From the NCBI GenBank assembly GCA_002712715.1, contig PAUF01000007.1:13644-77643 (forward strand): DNA of 64,000 nt, given 5' to 3'. A program made the translations under genes and the position numbers. Shown here one piece after another: positions 10,164 through 20,246 of the stretch. Within the stretch, counting starts at the first letter, position 1. Each line of letters opens with the position of its first letter. The DNA is from Flavobacteriales bacterium (lineage in GTDB: Bacteria > Bacteroidota > Bacteroidia > Flavobacteriales > BACL11). The notes under the pieces were generated by a model. It was not told the origin of the DNA and ran no database searches. It saw only the letters and a list, made by a program, of their open reading frames with translations.

Positions 10164-10736
10164 TTATTGATTTTTATCCTCTATATTAGTAACTCCTCCA
10201 GAAATAATTAACTTCATAACTTCAGAAGACGGCTTTTTAATTGAAGTAACATTCTTTTTTTCTACCACAAACAAATTTCCCGAAAAAGCATACGAATGAG
10301 GCAAATAAACAAGAACATTTCCTTCTTCCAGCCCAAGAGATCCAGCGTCCTCACTAGTAATAAATCCTATACGCCTTAAATTAAGGTCATCTTGAATTTT
10401 AATTAACACTGGCTCGCTAAAGCCTTTTTTTCCTCCAACAAAAGTATTCATTAGATCCTTTACGGAACTATATATAGTTTTAAGTAATGGGGCTCTATTT
10501 AATAATTTCTTAAAATATGTATTAATAGGACTAGCTATAATCACAGATCCTAAGTATCCTACTAGTGTTATCAAAATAAATAAGATTAACACCCCAAGAT
10601 ATTCCCACATTCCTGTCAAATATGGTTTTAACAAGCCATTCAAGAAATTATATGAATAATATATTGCAAATACAACAGCAAATAAAGGAACTAAATATAA
10701 TAATCCTTTTAAAAAATAATTTTTAATTGATTTCAT
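10164..10736 (-). CDS. DUF502 family membrane protein
   Basis: 190 aa with two N-terminal TM helices (LKGLLYLVPLFAVVF...). C-terminal VYLPHSYAFSGNLFVV...ISGGV pattern is typical of DUF502. Confidence 0.7.
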   Translation of the reverse strand: MKSIKNYFLKGLLYLVPLFAVVFAIYYSYNFLNGLLKPYLTGMWEYLGVLILFILITLVGYLGSVIIASPINTYFKKLLNRAPLLKTIYSSVKDLMNTFVGGKKGFSEPVLIKIQDDLNLRRIGFITSEDAGSLGLEEGNVLVYLPHSYAFSGNLFVVEKKNVTSIKKPSSEVMKLIISGGVTNIEDKNQ

Positions 10737-10868
10737 GACAAAAAATTTATTTGATAAAAATAATAATCTTTAAATAATAAATCATTAAATCATTTTAAAA
10801 ATAGCGATTTTAAAGGCGCAATGTTGAAAAAATTATTTTTGATAGAATCTTAATGAAAATTAGGTTTG

Positions 10869-10876
10869 TAAATTTG
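10869..10876 (+). promoter_or_regulatory. candidate -7 box TAAATTTG (adjacent TAGGTTTG at 10861-10868)
   Basis: Two back-to-back TAnnTTTG matches lie 16-24 nt upstream of the ATG at 10892 and downstream of the track start at 10853. This favours 10892 as the real start. Confidence 0.3.
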
Positions 10877-10891
10877 AATAAATTTATTTGT

Positions 10892-11899
10892 ATGCGAAAT
10901 CCAGGTTGCTCTATATTCCTAATAATTCTATTGATTGTTTTTTTAAATTCTTGCGTCAGTCCTAAAGTTCACAACTCTTTAACGTCAGATCTTGAAATCA
11001 CAAAAAATAAATTACTTGAGAATGAGAAAAATATGATTAAGTTAAAAGATGATATTTTAGAGTTAACTAATGCTAAATACAGAGTTTCTCAAAAATTAGA
11101 TCAATTAAAAAACGACTCTATTCAAAATGGAACAGCGCTAAATGACATTATGAATAAGCATAAAAAATTAAGCGAATCTTATGATTTGCTTTCCAATCAA
11201 AGCAGTCGTAAAATGGCAGAAAAAGCAAAAGAAGTTAAGAGACTACTTGATCAATTAGAAGAGTCACAGAACAGCTTGCTTTTAAAAGAAGATGAGCTTA
11301 ATAAGTTGTCCCGATCAATTTCACAACAAAAACAAGAACTTGAAAATTTTGAACAAGAACTAACTAATAGGTCTAATAGAGTCGTTGAATTAGAAACCAT
11401 AATTCTTCAAAAAGATTCTATAGTTTCAAATATGAAAAATAGAATTTCTAACTCATTAAAAGGACTCGAAGGAGAAGGGCTTTCTATCGAAAAGAGAAAT
11501 GGTAAAATTTATGTTTCCTTAGATGAAGAATTACTTTTTGCCTCTGGAAAATATGAAGTAAATCAAACAGGTATTATAGCTCTTGATAAACTGTCTGCAG
11601 TTTTGGCTTCACAAAATAGAATCGAAATTTTAGTGGAAGGTCATACTGACAATATACCATTATCTACAAAGAAAATAATTAAAGACAACTGGGATCTAAG
11701 TGTTCTGAGAGCAACAGCTGTAGTGAAAATACTGTTAAAAAATGATAAATTAAATCCAATACAATTAACCGCCGCAGGAAGAGGTGAATATAACCCTAAA
11801 GCTAATAATAAAACAATAGAAGGTAGGAAAATGAATAGGCGCATAGAGCTTATATTATCTCCTAATTTAGATGACCTATATAGAATATTAGAAGAATAA
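10892..11899 (+). CDS. OmpA/MotB-family lipoprotein with a long coiled-coil region
   Basis: The Met at 10892 gives a lipoprotein signal (MRNPGCSIFLIILLIVFLNSC). A coiled-coil-like middle is followed by a C-terminal OmpA-like domain (VEGHTDNIPL...NWDLSVLRATAVV...NRRIELIL). Confidence 0.75.
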   Translation: MRNPGCSIFLIILLIVFLNSCVSPKVHNSLTSDLEITKNKLLENEKNMIKLKDDILELTNAKYRVSQKLDQLKNDSIQNGTALNDIMNKHKKLSESYDLLSNQSSRKMAEKAKEVKRLLDQLEESQNSLLLKEDELNKLSRSISQQKQELENFEQELTNRSNRVVELETIILQKDSIVSNMKNRISNSLKGLEGEGLSIEKRNGKIYVSLDEELLFASGKYEVNQTGIIALDKLSAVLASQNRIEILVEGHTDNIPLSTKKIIKDNWDLSVLRATAVVKILLKNDKLNPIQLTAAGRGEYNPKANNKTIEGRKMNRRIELILSPNLDDLYRILEE

Positions 11900-11906
11900 G
11901 GATAAT

Positions 11907-13262
11907 CTAAAATAGTCTACTAAACACTTCTTCTATCTTAGAGCATTGAATAATTTCAATCTTTTTATTTGATTTGTCAAACTTATTGTATTTCGAAATA
12001 ATAATTTTTTTATATCCTAATTTTTCAGCCTCAGAAATTCTTTGATCAATTCGATTAACAGATCTTATCTCTCCCGAAAGACCCACCTCTGCCGCAAAAC
12101 ATGTTAACATATCTATTGGGATATCTTGATCTGAGGATAAAATTGAACATAAAACAGCCAAATCAATGGCAGTATCATCAGGCTTAATGCCTCCTGTAAT
12201 ATTAAGAAAAACATCTTTAACCGCTAGTCTAAATCCACATTTCTTTTCTAAAACAGCTAAAAGCATATTCAATCTTCTATTGTCAAATCCTGTAGCGGAT
12301 CTTTGCGGTGTTCCATATACAGCAGAGCTAACTAGAGATTGTATTTCTATCATTAATGGCCTCGCTCCTTCAACTGTAGAAGCTATCGCAACTCCACTTG
12401 TAGGCTCATCTCTATCAGAAATTAAGATTTCAGAAGGGTTACTAACCTCTCTTAATCCTTTACTATTCATTTCATACACTCCCAATTCAGAAGCTGATCC
12501 AAAGCGATTTTTTACACTTCTCAAAATTCTATATAAATAATTGCGATCACCTTCAAACTGAAGTACAGTATCAACCATATGTTCTAATATCTTCGGACCA
12601 GCAATCGCACCATCTTTATTTATATGCCCAATCAAAAAAACAGATGTGCCAGAACTTTTTGCGTATTTTATAAGTTCAGATGTGCACTCTCTAATTTGCG
12701 ATACACTTCCAGGAGATGAGTCAATTGTCGAAGTGTGTAATGTTTGAATAGAGTCAATTATAACAATGTTAGGATTTAAACTTTCTATATGTTGAGATAT
12801 ATTCTGAGTTGAAGTTTCCGTAAGAATAAAACAATTATCAGAGCTATCACTAACTCTTTGAGCTCTCATCTTTATCTGATACTCACTTTCTTCCCCAGAA
12901 ACATATAATGTCATTTTATCAGATCTTAATGCTAATTGCAATAATAATGTAGACTTTCCTATACCAGGGTCACCACCTAATAATATCACAGATCCTGGAA
13001 CAAGTCCACCACCCAAAACTCGATTTAACTCATTATCATTTAGTTTGAATCTATTATCTTTTACCAAGCTTATTTCATCTATTTTTTTTGGTTTATGAAT
13101 TTTTGTTAATGATTTCCATCCTGTCTTTTCTAGATGTTTGGATGTAACCTCCTCAACAAAAGTATTCCATTCATTACACTGAGGGCATTTACCCAGCCAT
13201 TTTGAAGATTGATATCCACAATTTTGGCAAAAAAATGCTGATTGAAGCTTCTTCTTGGCCAT
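11907..13262 (-). CDS. radA: DNA repair protein RadA
   Basis: 451 aa. Zn-finger CQNCGYQSSKWLGKCPQCNEWNTF, Walker A GDPGIGKSTLLLQ, KNRFG motif, Lon-like C-terminal domain. Confidence 0.95.
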   Translation of the reverse strand: MAKKKLQSAFFCQNCGYQSSKWLGKCPQCNEWNTFVEEVTSKHLEKTGWKSLTKIHKPKKIDEISLVKDNRFKLNDNELNRVLGGGLVPGSVILLGGDPGIGKSTLLLQLALRSDKMTLYVSGEESEYQIKMRAQRVSDSSDNCFILTETSTQNISQHIESLNPNIVIIDSIQTLHTSTIDSSPGSVSQIRECTSELIKYAKSSGTSVFLIGHINKDGAIAGPKILEHMVDTVLQFEGDRNYLYRILRSVKNRFGSASELGVYEMNSKGLREVSNPSEILISDRDEPTSGVAIASTVEGARPLMIEIQSLVSSAVYGTPQRSATGFDNRRLNMLLAVLEKKCGFRLAVKDVFLNITGGIKPDDTAIDLAVLCSILSSDQDIPIDMLTCFAAEVGLSGEIRSVNRIDQRISEAEKLGYKKIIISKYNKFDKSNKKIEIIQCSKIEEVFSRLF

Positions 13263-13753
13263 TATGATTCTTTAATAATATTAATAATATTGCTAGTAGA
13301 GTATCCTTCAATTAAAGGAATAGTAATTACTTCCCCTCCATTGTTGATAACAAAATCACTGCCCGCAATTTCTGAATGAATGTAATCTCCACCTTTAACC
13401 AAATAGTCTGGACCTATCATCTCTATTAACTTGACAGGTGTTTTTTCACTAAATAGAATGACTATATCAACAAATTCTAATGAAGCGAGTAATAGAGACC
13501 TAGTATGTTGATCAAACACTGGCCTTCCTTCCCCTTTTAACTGTTTAATTGACATATCAGAGTTTAGCGCTACAATTAATTTATCTCCCATGTCAGCGGT
13601 TTTAGCTAAAACTTCTATATGTCCCCTATGTAATATATCAAAACATCCATTAGTAAAGACTATTTTTTGGGAAAATTGTTTCCATTTTTTTACTCTTTTC
13701 AACAAACTTTCTTGAGAAAGTATCTTATTTTTTACACTATCTAATTTATTCAT
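13262..13753 (-). CDS. rfaE2: D-glycero-beta-D-manno-heptose 1-phosphate adenylyltransferase-like cytidylyltransferase (RfaE domain II type)
   Basis: 163 aa. Nucleotidyltransferase motif FTNGCFDILHRGHIEVL. Its stop overlaps the radA start by 1 nt. Confidence 0.8.
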   Translation of the reverse strand: MNKLDSVKNKILSQESLLKRVKKWKQFSQKIVFTNGCFDILHRGHIEVLAKTADMGDKLIVALNSDMSIKQLKGEGRPVFDQHTRSLLLASLEFVDIVILFSEKTPVKLIEMIGPDYLVKGGDYIHSEIAGSDFVINNGGEVITIPLIEGYSTSNIINIIKES

Positions 13754-14756
13754 TATCTTTATTTAAAAATAAAATAAATGTACTGATTATTCCGGATATT
13801 ATAGCAAGGAATGTTTGAGAAAGATGAATAATAAAAGGGAACAACAATGCTGGATTATATTCTTTAGCGTAAGTTATAGAATACTCCCCTATACCAAGTG
13901 ACACCAAAGCTATCATCACTAAGTAATGATAGGATCCAACGCCTCCAGGCACTGGGACCACCATGCCTAAGCCGCCAACAACAAGTATTAATAATGCATC
14001 ATTCAAACTCAATGAGGTTGTTTCGGGTAAAATAAAAAAACAAACAAATGTCATCAAAAAATACATCACCCAAATTAAAGCTGTCTGTGCCCAAAATGTC
14101 TTTTTACTATCGAGGTTCTTAATACTTACAAAGCCTTCCTTTATCCCCAATAAAAAACCTACTAATTTAGAATATAATTTCAATGATTTTATTCTGCGCC
14201 AAAAAACAAATATAATCGCGAAAATTAAAACAATTACTATTCCAAAGGGGTTAATGGGAGATCTTGTAGATGACTCTGTCCTATCAAAAATTTCTAAGAA
14301 AATATCGTAATTTAATACTAATGAAATTATTATTAAAAAAATTAAAATAATCATATCTATAACCCTCTCAATTAAAATGGTACCCAACAGCTTGTCTACA
14401 GGTATTTTATCGGTTTTATAAATTGATGTGCATCTAGCTATCTCTCCACCTCGTGGAAGAACTAAATTAACAAAATATCCAAAAGATACAGCTGCTACAG
14501 ATTTAATAATAGTTGTTTCGTGACCTATAGCCTTAATTAATCCTAGCCATCTGAAACCTCTGATAACATAAGCAATCCAGCCAAATAAAATAGTCAAAAA
14601 AATATATAAATATGATTCATTAGGAATGGAAAACATATGTTCTAGTACTAACTCAGGATTGTCTCTAAAAAAAATGAAATAATACAGCCACATTGCTAAA
14701 AATAATGATAAAATGATCTTAACAATTGTTTTATTTCTTTCTTTGTTTCTAAACAT
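13746..14756 (-). CDS. flippase-like / lysylphosphatidylglycerol-synthase TM-region family (UPF0104) membrane protein
   Basis: 336 aa, about 8 TM helices. Motif FGYFVNLVLPRGGEIARC is typical of the family. Confidence 0.6.
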   Translation of the reverse strand: MFRNKERNKTIVKIILSLFLAMWLYYFIFFRDNPELVLEHMFSIPNESYLYIFLTILFGWIAYVIRGFRWLGLIKAIGHETTIIKSVAAVSFGYFVNLVLPRGGEIARCTSIYKTDKIPVDKLLGTILIERVIDMIILIFLIIISLVLNYDIFLEIFDRTESSTRSPINPFGIVIVLIFAIIFVFWRRIKSLKLYSKLVGFLLGIKEGFVSIKNLDSKKTFWAQTALIWVMYFLMTFVCFFILPETTSLSLNDALLILVVGGLGMVVPVPGGVGSYHYLVMIALVSLGIGEYSITYAKEYNPALLFPFIIHLSQTFLAIISGIISTFILFLNKDNE

Positions 14757-14765
14757 CTGGTAAAT

Positions 14766-15602
14766 TTAAAAAATAATATTATCAATCAATCGAACATTGG
14801 AAATAGTTGCAGCTATACAAACAACATTTTTATCTTTAGGAAGATAATTTTTAATTGGATGTAATGTGTCTATTGAGACAATCTCAAAATAGTCCAGATT
14901 TAGGTTGGATTTAGCTTGGAAATTTTGAAAAATAATTTCTTTGATCTCAATAATTGAATATAATCGATGATTTTCTTTTACAAATAATAAAGACCTATAT
15001 ATTATCAATGATTCCTTCAAGTCATTATTAGACAACAGTTTATTTCTAGAACTCATTGCTAAGCCAGACTTATCTCGTATTGTTGGTACTCCAATAATTT
15101 TTATTTTAGGATATTTTATTGAAGAAAAATGCTTGATTATCATAAGCTGCTGTATGTCTTTCTGGCCAAAAAAAGAAGATTCAGGATTAATTAATGCAAA
15201 AAATCTATCAATTACATTCACAACTCCTTGAAAATGACCCGGACGATGCTCCCCCTCCATATATTGATCTAGATTATTTAAATCAAATAATTCTATTTCT
15301 TCAGAATTATATAGCTCGGATTCTTTAGGAGAATACAAAATAGTACAACTAGTATTTTGTAATTTTCTAATATCTTTATCAATATCGCGTGGATAGCTTG
15401 TATAGTCATCGACATTATTAAATTGCCTAGGATTAACGAAAATACTGCAAACAACTATGTCATGAGCTTTTGAAGCCTCTTCAACTAAATCCAAATGAGC
15501 CTGATGAAGTGACCCCATTGTGGGCACAAAAGCAACTGTTTTGTTTTCTCTTATTTTATTTAAGTAAGAATGAAATTCCAAATATAATTTAAAAACCTTC
15601 AT
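14766..15602 (-). CDS. panC: pantoate--beta-alanine ligase
   Basis: Motifs PTMGSLHQAHLDLV and FGQKDIQQ. The track ORF extends to 15626, but MKVFKLY at 15602 is the more typical start. Confidence 0.9.
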   Translation of the reverse strand: MKVFKLYLEFHSYLNKIRENKTVAFVPTMGSLHQAHLDLVEEASKAHDIVVCSIFVNPRQFNNVDDYTSYPRDIDKDIRKLQNTSCTILYSPKESELYNSEEIELFDLNNLDQYMEGEHRPGHFQGVVNVIDRFFALINPESSFFGQKDIQQLMIIKHFSSIKYPKIKIIGVPTIRDKSGLAMSSRNKLLSNNDLKESLIIYRSLLFVKENHRLYSIIEIKEIIFQNFQAKSNLNLDYFEIVSIDTLHPIKNYLPKDKNVVCIAATISNVRLIDNIIF

Positions 15603-15664
15603 GAATAAATAATTGAAAAATAGCAAATCTAATAGAATTGCTTGATATAACTCATATATTTTTT

Positions 15665-15672
15665 TAATTTTG
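15665..15672 (+). promoter_or_regulatory. candidate -7 box TAATTTTG
   Basis: Matches TAnnTTTG, 19 nt upstream of the ATG at 15691. Confidence 0.3.
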
Positions 15673-15690
15673 TAAACTTATAATATATTT

Positions 15691-16530
15691 ATGGGAAAGA
15701 AAAGAATATTATTTGCGTCTCAAGAGATAACTCCTTATTTGCCAGATACATATATGTCTAATTTAGGGTTAGAGCTTCCAAAATCTTCAATCGAAATAGG
15801 GGATGAAACGAGAGTCTTTCTTCCAAAATTTGGAGTTATCAAAGAGAAAACAAATAATTTGCATGAAGTAATTAGATTATCAGGAATGAATTTGATTATT
15901 GATGATTTTGATCATCAATTGATAATTAAGGTAGCCTCAATCCAGTCTGCAAGAATGCAAATATATTTTATAGACAATGATGAATACTTCTCTGAAAAAA
16001 CTATGTTTCATGATCTCAATGGCAAATTTCTGAAAAACAATGAAGAGAGAATGATATTTTACTGCAAAGGAGTAATTGAAACTGTAAAAAAGTTAGGATG
16101 GTCTCCTGAAATCATTCATTGTCAAGGTTGGTTTTCATCATTAATCCCACTTTACATTAAGTTAATTTATAATGAGGACCCTCTATTTAAAAATACTAAA
16201 TTAGTATATAACATATTTGACAATGATTTCGATGGAGAATTAAATGCAGACTTAATAAATAAATTATTATTTGAAAAAAAATTAAATACAAAAGATCTTT
16301 CTCTGCTTAAAAACCCATCATTTGTAAACTTGTCAAAATTTGCAATTAAATATTCTGACGCTGTCATTCAAGGAAGCAAGCAAATTAATAATGATATTTC
16401 AAAATATATCAAAAAAAGTAAATTACCATTAATGACTCATAATGAAGAATATAGCTATGAAGATTCTTATAATACTTTCTTCAATAACATAATTGAAAAG
16501 AAAGACTTAGAACTTTCTGAAAAAAAATAA
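15691..16530 (+). CDS. glycogen/starch synthase-like protein, N-terminal (Glyco_transf_5-like) half only
   Basis: 279 aa. N-terminus KRILFASQEITPYLPDT and the segment IIHCQGWFSSLIPLYIK resemble the GlgA N-domain. There is no C-terminal GT-B half. It sits in the flavobacterial panC-adjacent position. Confidence 0.7.
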   Translation: MGKKRILFASQEITPYLPDTYMSNLGLELPKSSIEIGDETRVFLPKFGVIKEKTNNLHEVIRLSGMNLIIDDFDHQLIIKVASIQSARMQIYFIDNDEYFSEKTMFHDLNGKFLKNNEERMIFYCKGVIETVKKLGWSPEIIHCQGWFSSLIPLYIKLIYNEDPLFKNTKLVYNIFDNDFDGELNADLINKLLFEKKLNTKDLSLLKNPSFVNLSKFAIKYSDAVIQGSKQINNDISKYIKKSKLPLMTHNEEYSYEDSYNTFFNNIIEKKDLELSEKK

Positions 16531-17748
16531 ATGAGTATTAGATCAAAATACGCCATATTTATTATACTCTTCATTGCCATGATTAGCTGTAATGAAGAAA
16601 ATATTATTGGAGATGAATTAAACACTGAAATATATAAAATTCATGTAAGCAGCGATAGTATTACTAGTCTTTCAATTTTTACCATTTCAGAAGACTCTCT
16701 AAGGTCTGATGAAACATTGAATTTATTGCTTGGTGAAATTAATGATCCTCAATTTGGACAGAATTCAGGTTCTTTTATAACTCAAATGACCCTTCCTTCT
16801 AACAATATTCAAGAAATAAGCAACATAGTTATAGACTCTGTATTTATTCAATATACTTACTCTGAACTTTATGGAGAAGATGCTTCTCCAAATAATTTTC
16901 AAATATCTGTATATGAGCTTTCAGAAAGCGTCTACAAAGACAGCAGCTATTATTCAAATTATAATCCCGCATACAACAATGAAAATATAGCTGTTGAGCA
17001 CTATTTTGTAGATCAAGATACTTCTGAGTCGATCTTAAAAGTCAAGTTACTTAACTCCTTTGGAGAAAAAATAATGAACGCTACAGGAACAGCTTCAATG
17101 GTAGATAATCTTGCATTTTTAGAGTTTTTAAAAGGATTATATATAACCGCCTCATCCAATAATACAATTATGTACTTAAATCCTAACGCTGATAATAGTA
17201 GATTTTCTATTTACTATCATGAAATAGGAAATGATACATCTTCTAATTTTGAATTAGAAATTGGTGGTGACGCGGCTAGAATCAACTTATTCAATGAAAA
17301 AAACATAACTGACCTTCCTTTAATCCAAAGTGGAAAAGCGTATGTCCAATCTATGGCTGGGTATAAATCAAAAATAGAATTTAATAATCTTGATCTACTT
17401 CAATCTTTATTTATAGATAAAGCTATAAATCGAGCTACCATAGAATTCCATTGTGATATTAACGAAGACTATCCTTCACATAACAAGTTATACTTAGTGC
17501 GCGAAACTAGCGATGGAGAGATTGTTTTCTTATCAGACTTTACTTTAGAAGGAGATGCTCATTTTGGAGGATATAAAACAGATAATATTTATAAGTTTAA
17601 TATTACTAGATTCTTCTTCCAGCTAATTCATAATCAGAACTATACAAACAAACTTTATTTACTCCCAGCTGGTGGTTCTACTAATGCTAATCGTACTATT
17701 TTAAATAACTCTGAAACAATAATTAACATTATATACTCTGATATCTAA
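16531..17748 (+). CDS. DUF4270-like lipoprotein
   Basis: 405 aa with lipobox IAMISC. It occupies the position between the glycogen-synthase-like gene and glmS that is typical of flavobacterial DUF4270 genes. The family call rests on context and composition. Confidence 0.55.
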   Translation: MSIRSKYAIFIILFIAMISCNEENIIGDELNTEIYKIHVSSDSITSLSIFTISEDSLRSDETLNLLLGEINDPQFGQNSGSFITQMTLPSNNIQEISNIVIDSVFIQYTYSELYGEDASPNNFQISVYELSESVYKDSSYYSNYNPAYNNENIAVEHYFVDQDTSESILKVKLLNSFGEKIMNATGTASMVDNLAFLEFLKGLYITASSNNTIMYLNPNADNSRFSIYYHEIGNDTSSNFELEIGGDAARINLFNEKNITDLPLIQSGKAYVQSMAGYKSKIEFNNLDLLQSLFIDKAINRATIEFHCDINEDYPSHNKLYLVRETSDGEIVFLSDFTLEGDAHFGGYKTDNIYKFNITRFFFQLIHNQNYTNKLYLLPAGGSTNANRTILNNSETIINIIYSDI

Positions 17749-17754
17749 TCTTAT

Positions 17755-19596
17755 ATGTGTGGAATAATTGGATATATTGGCCATCAAGAAGCTTTCCCTA
17801 TCATAATTAAGGGCCTTAAACGATTAGAATATAGAGGTTATGACTCTGCAGGGGTTTCTATTGGGCGACATGATGAGCTAAATATTATCAAAACAAAGGG
17901 TAAGGTTGATAATTTAGAAGATATCTCCAATAAAAAGAATACTTCAGGAAAAATTGGCATTGGTCATACTCGATGGGCTACTCATGGCGAACCAAATAAA
18001 AAAAATGCTCATCCACATTGTTCTGGTAATGGTGAATTTGCAATAATCCATAATGGAATAATTGAAAATTATGACTCAATTAAAAAGGCTCTTACGATCA
18101 AAGGGCATGAATTTAAAAGCGAGACTGATACCGAGGTGTTAATTCATTTAATTGAGGAAATAAAAACACAAGAAAATGTAACCCTTTTTGAATCAGTCAG
18201 ACTAGCTCTAAACGAAATTGTTGGCGCTTACGCAATTATTGTAATGCAGAAAGGGTCCAATGAAGAATTTATAGCTGCAAAAAATGGTAGTCCATTAGTA
18301 ATCGGAATAGGTAATGGAGAGTATTTTATAGCTTCTGACGCAACGCCAATAGTAGAATATACAAGAAACGTTGTATACTTAGAGGACGGTGAAATCGCTA
18401 AAGTAAATAAAAGCTTAGAACTGGAAATAAAAACTATAACTAATGTATCAAAAACTCCATATATTCATGAACTAGAACTTAGTTTAGATGCAATAGAAAA
18501 AGGTGGGTACCCTCACTTTATGTTGAAAGAAATTAATGAACAACCTAAAAGTGTACTTAACACTCTGAGAGGAAGAATTGATCCCGAAACTAAAGAAATT
18601 AAATTGGGTGGCATTTTTGATTACGAACAAAAAATAATTAATGCTAGCAGAATAATAATAATCGCCTGTGGAACTTCTTGGCATGCGGGACTAATTGGAG
18701 AATACTTATTTGAGGACCTTACAAGAATTCCTGTAGAGGTAGAGTACGCTTCTGAGTTTAGATATCGAAACCCTATATTAAGAGAATCTGATATTGTGCT
18801 AGCGATATCACAATCTGGTGAGACTGCTGACACTCTTGCAGCGCTAAAACTAGCAAAATCCAAAGGAGTCACTGTTTTAGGAATCTGTAATGTTGTAGGA
18901 TCCTCAATTCCAAGACTTACTGATGCTGGAATATATACTCACGCCGGCCCAGAAATTGGGGTTGCTTCTACAAAAGCATTTACTACACAAGTAAGCGTGC
19001 TTGCGTTAATATCATTACTTATTGCATATAAAAAAGGAGAAATTAATCAAATAACATATAGAGAACTAATCAGAGAAATTGAGTTAATTCCAGAAAAGAT
19101 CTCAAAGGTTTTGAAATCATCTTCTAAAATTGCTAAAATCGCCAAAAGATTTAGCTCTTCATCCAATTTTCTATATCTAGGAAGAAGTTATAATTTTCCT
19201 GTAGCTCTAGAAGGGGCTTTAAAACTGAAAGAAATATCATATATACATGCTGAAGGATATCCAGCAGCGGAAATGAAACATGGTCCTATTGCATTAATTG
19301 ATGAAAATATGCCAATAGTCGTTATTGCGACACAAAGAACAAATTATGAAAAAATAATTAGCAATATTCAAGAAGTTAAATCTAGAGGAGGTAAAATTAT
19401 AGCAATAGTTACTATGGGAGATACAAGCGTTAAAGAAATAGCTGATTATTGCATAGAAATACCTGATTCAGCAGAACAATTTTCACCAATTTTAGCTAAT
19501 ATACCTCTCCAATTACTATCTTATCAAATTGCCGTGCTTAGAGGATGTAATGTTGATCAACCAAGAAATCTTGCAAAATCAGTTACGGTAGAGTAA
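17755..19596 (+). CDS. glmS: glutamine--fructose-6-phosphate aminotransferase
   Basis: 613 aa. N-terminal MCGIIGYIG with the nucleophile Cys2, two SIS domains, C-terminal NLAKSVTVE. Confidence 0.97.
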   Translation: MCGIIGYIGHQEAFPIIIKGLKRLEYRGYDSAGVSIGRHDELNIIKTKGKVDNLEDISNKKNTSGKIGIGHTRWATHGEPNKKNAHPHCSGNGEFAIIHNGIIENYDSIKKALTIKGHEFKSETDTEVLIHLIEEIKTQENVTLFESVRLALNEIVGAYAIIVMQKGSNEEFIAAKNGSPLVIGIGNGEYFIASDATPIVEYTRNVVYLEDGEIAKVNKSLELEIKTITNVSKTPYIHELELSLDAIEKGGYPHFMLKEINEQPKSVLNTLRGRIDPETKEIKLGGIFDYEQKIINASRIIIIACGTSWHAGLIGEYLFEDLTRIPVEVEYASEFRYRNPILRESDIVLAISQSGETADTLAALKLAKSKGVTVLGICNVVGSSIPRLTDAGIYTHAGPEIGVASTKAFTTQVSVLALISLLIAYKKGEINQITYRELIREIELIPEKISKVLKSSSKIAKIAKRFSSSSNFLYLGRSYNFPVALEGALKLKEISYIHAEGYPAAEMKHGPIALIDENMPIVVIATQRTNYEKIISNIQEVKSRGGKIIAIVTMGDTSVKEIADYCIEIPDSAEQFSPILANIPLQLLSYQIAVLRGCNVDQPRNLAKSVTVE

Positions 19597-19698
19597 GTGA
19601 GTATTTTAGGTTGATACCTGATTAGTCACAGTCAATTTCCTTACCATTTATCCCAATATTTTTCTGATCTATCTCTCTACTTAATTTATCCTTGAAAC

Positions 19699-19938
19699 TT
19701 ACTTGGTTTTCAATAATTTTTTTTCACCTCCAATTGACCATACCTCACCAGTTACTGAATTTAATAAATATCCTTTAGTCGAACTTAATCTATCTACTTG
19801 AGGGATCATATGTATTTCGTATGTTTTCTGTTTTTCAACTGTATAATTTGTTGAAGTAGTACCCATTAAAATTAATGGTAATACAATTACACAAATTCCA
19901 ACAATAATTCCAGTTCTTAATTGATTTTTAGTTTTCAT
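19699..19938 (-). CDS. small membrane-anchored protein (module A), paralogue of 20246..20482
   Basis: 79 aa. N-terminal anchor TGIIVGICVIVLPLILMGTTSTNY is nearly identical in pattern to the paralogue. C-terminal segment is YLLNSVTGEVWS. A promoter-like box lies upstream. Confidence 0.5.
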   Translation of the reverse strand: MKTKNQLRTGIIVGICVIVLPLILMGTTSTNYTVEKQKTYEIHMIPQVDRLSSTKGYLLNSVTGEVWSIGGEKKLLKTK

Positions 19939-19963
19939 CGTTTTAATTTTTAGTTAATAACAA

Positions 19964-19971
19964 CAAAACTA
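19964..19971 (-). promoter_or_regulatory. candidate -7 box TAGTTTTG inside the 25-nt block shared by both modules
   Basis: Minus strand reads TAGTTTTG, 25 nt upstream of the ATG at 19938. An identical box at 20509..20516 precedes the ATG at 20482 with the same spacing. Confidence 0.35.
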
Positions 19972-19985
19972 ACAAAAAACTATTT

Positions 19986-20246
19986 TCACAGAATGAATCT
20001 TCCACTCGGAGTTTTGATATTTCGTTCATTAAACCAATTAGAAATCTTTTTATATCCCAATCCTTTTTGGTGAAATTCTTTAATAGTATCGTATAAGTAT
20101 TGTTGGTGTTCTGAATAGAAATAATTATTCAAATTGGATGAAGAAACTGTAACGGTAAATTGAAGGAATATATTTGAGGTTTCACATTTTACCCTTTCCG
20201 ACAAATCAGTTACTGTGGAATAACTATTGGATGATATTTGATTCAT
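19986..20246 (-). pseudogene. remnant of a large-serine-recombinase 'Recombinase' domain (module A copy)
   Basis: The 86-aa ORF ends ...EHQQYLYDTIKEFHQKGLGYKKISNWFNERNIKTPSGRFIL. This matches the central IA..LNe.gi.tp.G pattern of serine-recombinase Recombinase domains. There is no catalytic resolvase domain and no zinc-ribbon or coiled-coil part. Confidence 0.45.

Noticed and set aside
10853-10891. N-terminal extensions in the track for several ORFs: 10853, 15626, 23174, 26725, 50434, 50504
   Set aside because: Internal Met codons give proper signal peptides or family-typical N-termini. They remove large overlaps with neighbours and in several cases sit 16-19 nt downstream of a TAnnTTTG box.
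19597-19698. A possible Tn7-like insertion at attTn7 immediately downstream of glmS
   Set aside because: There are no tnsABCD-like genes anywhere in the patch. I saw no TGT...ACA terminal repeats or arrays of 22-bp TnsB-site-like repeats in the 102-bp spacer, and no target-site duplication. Only the positional analogy holds.
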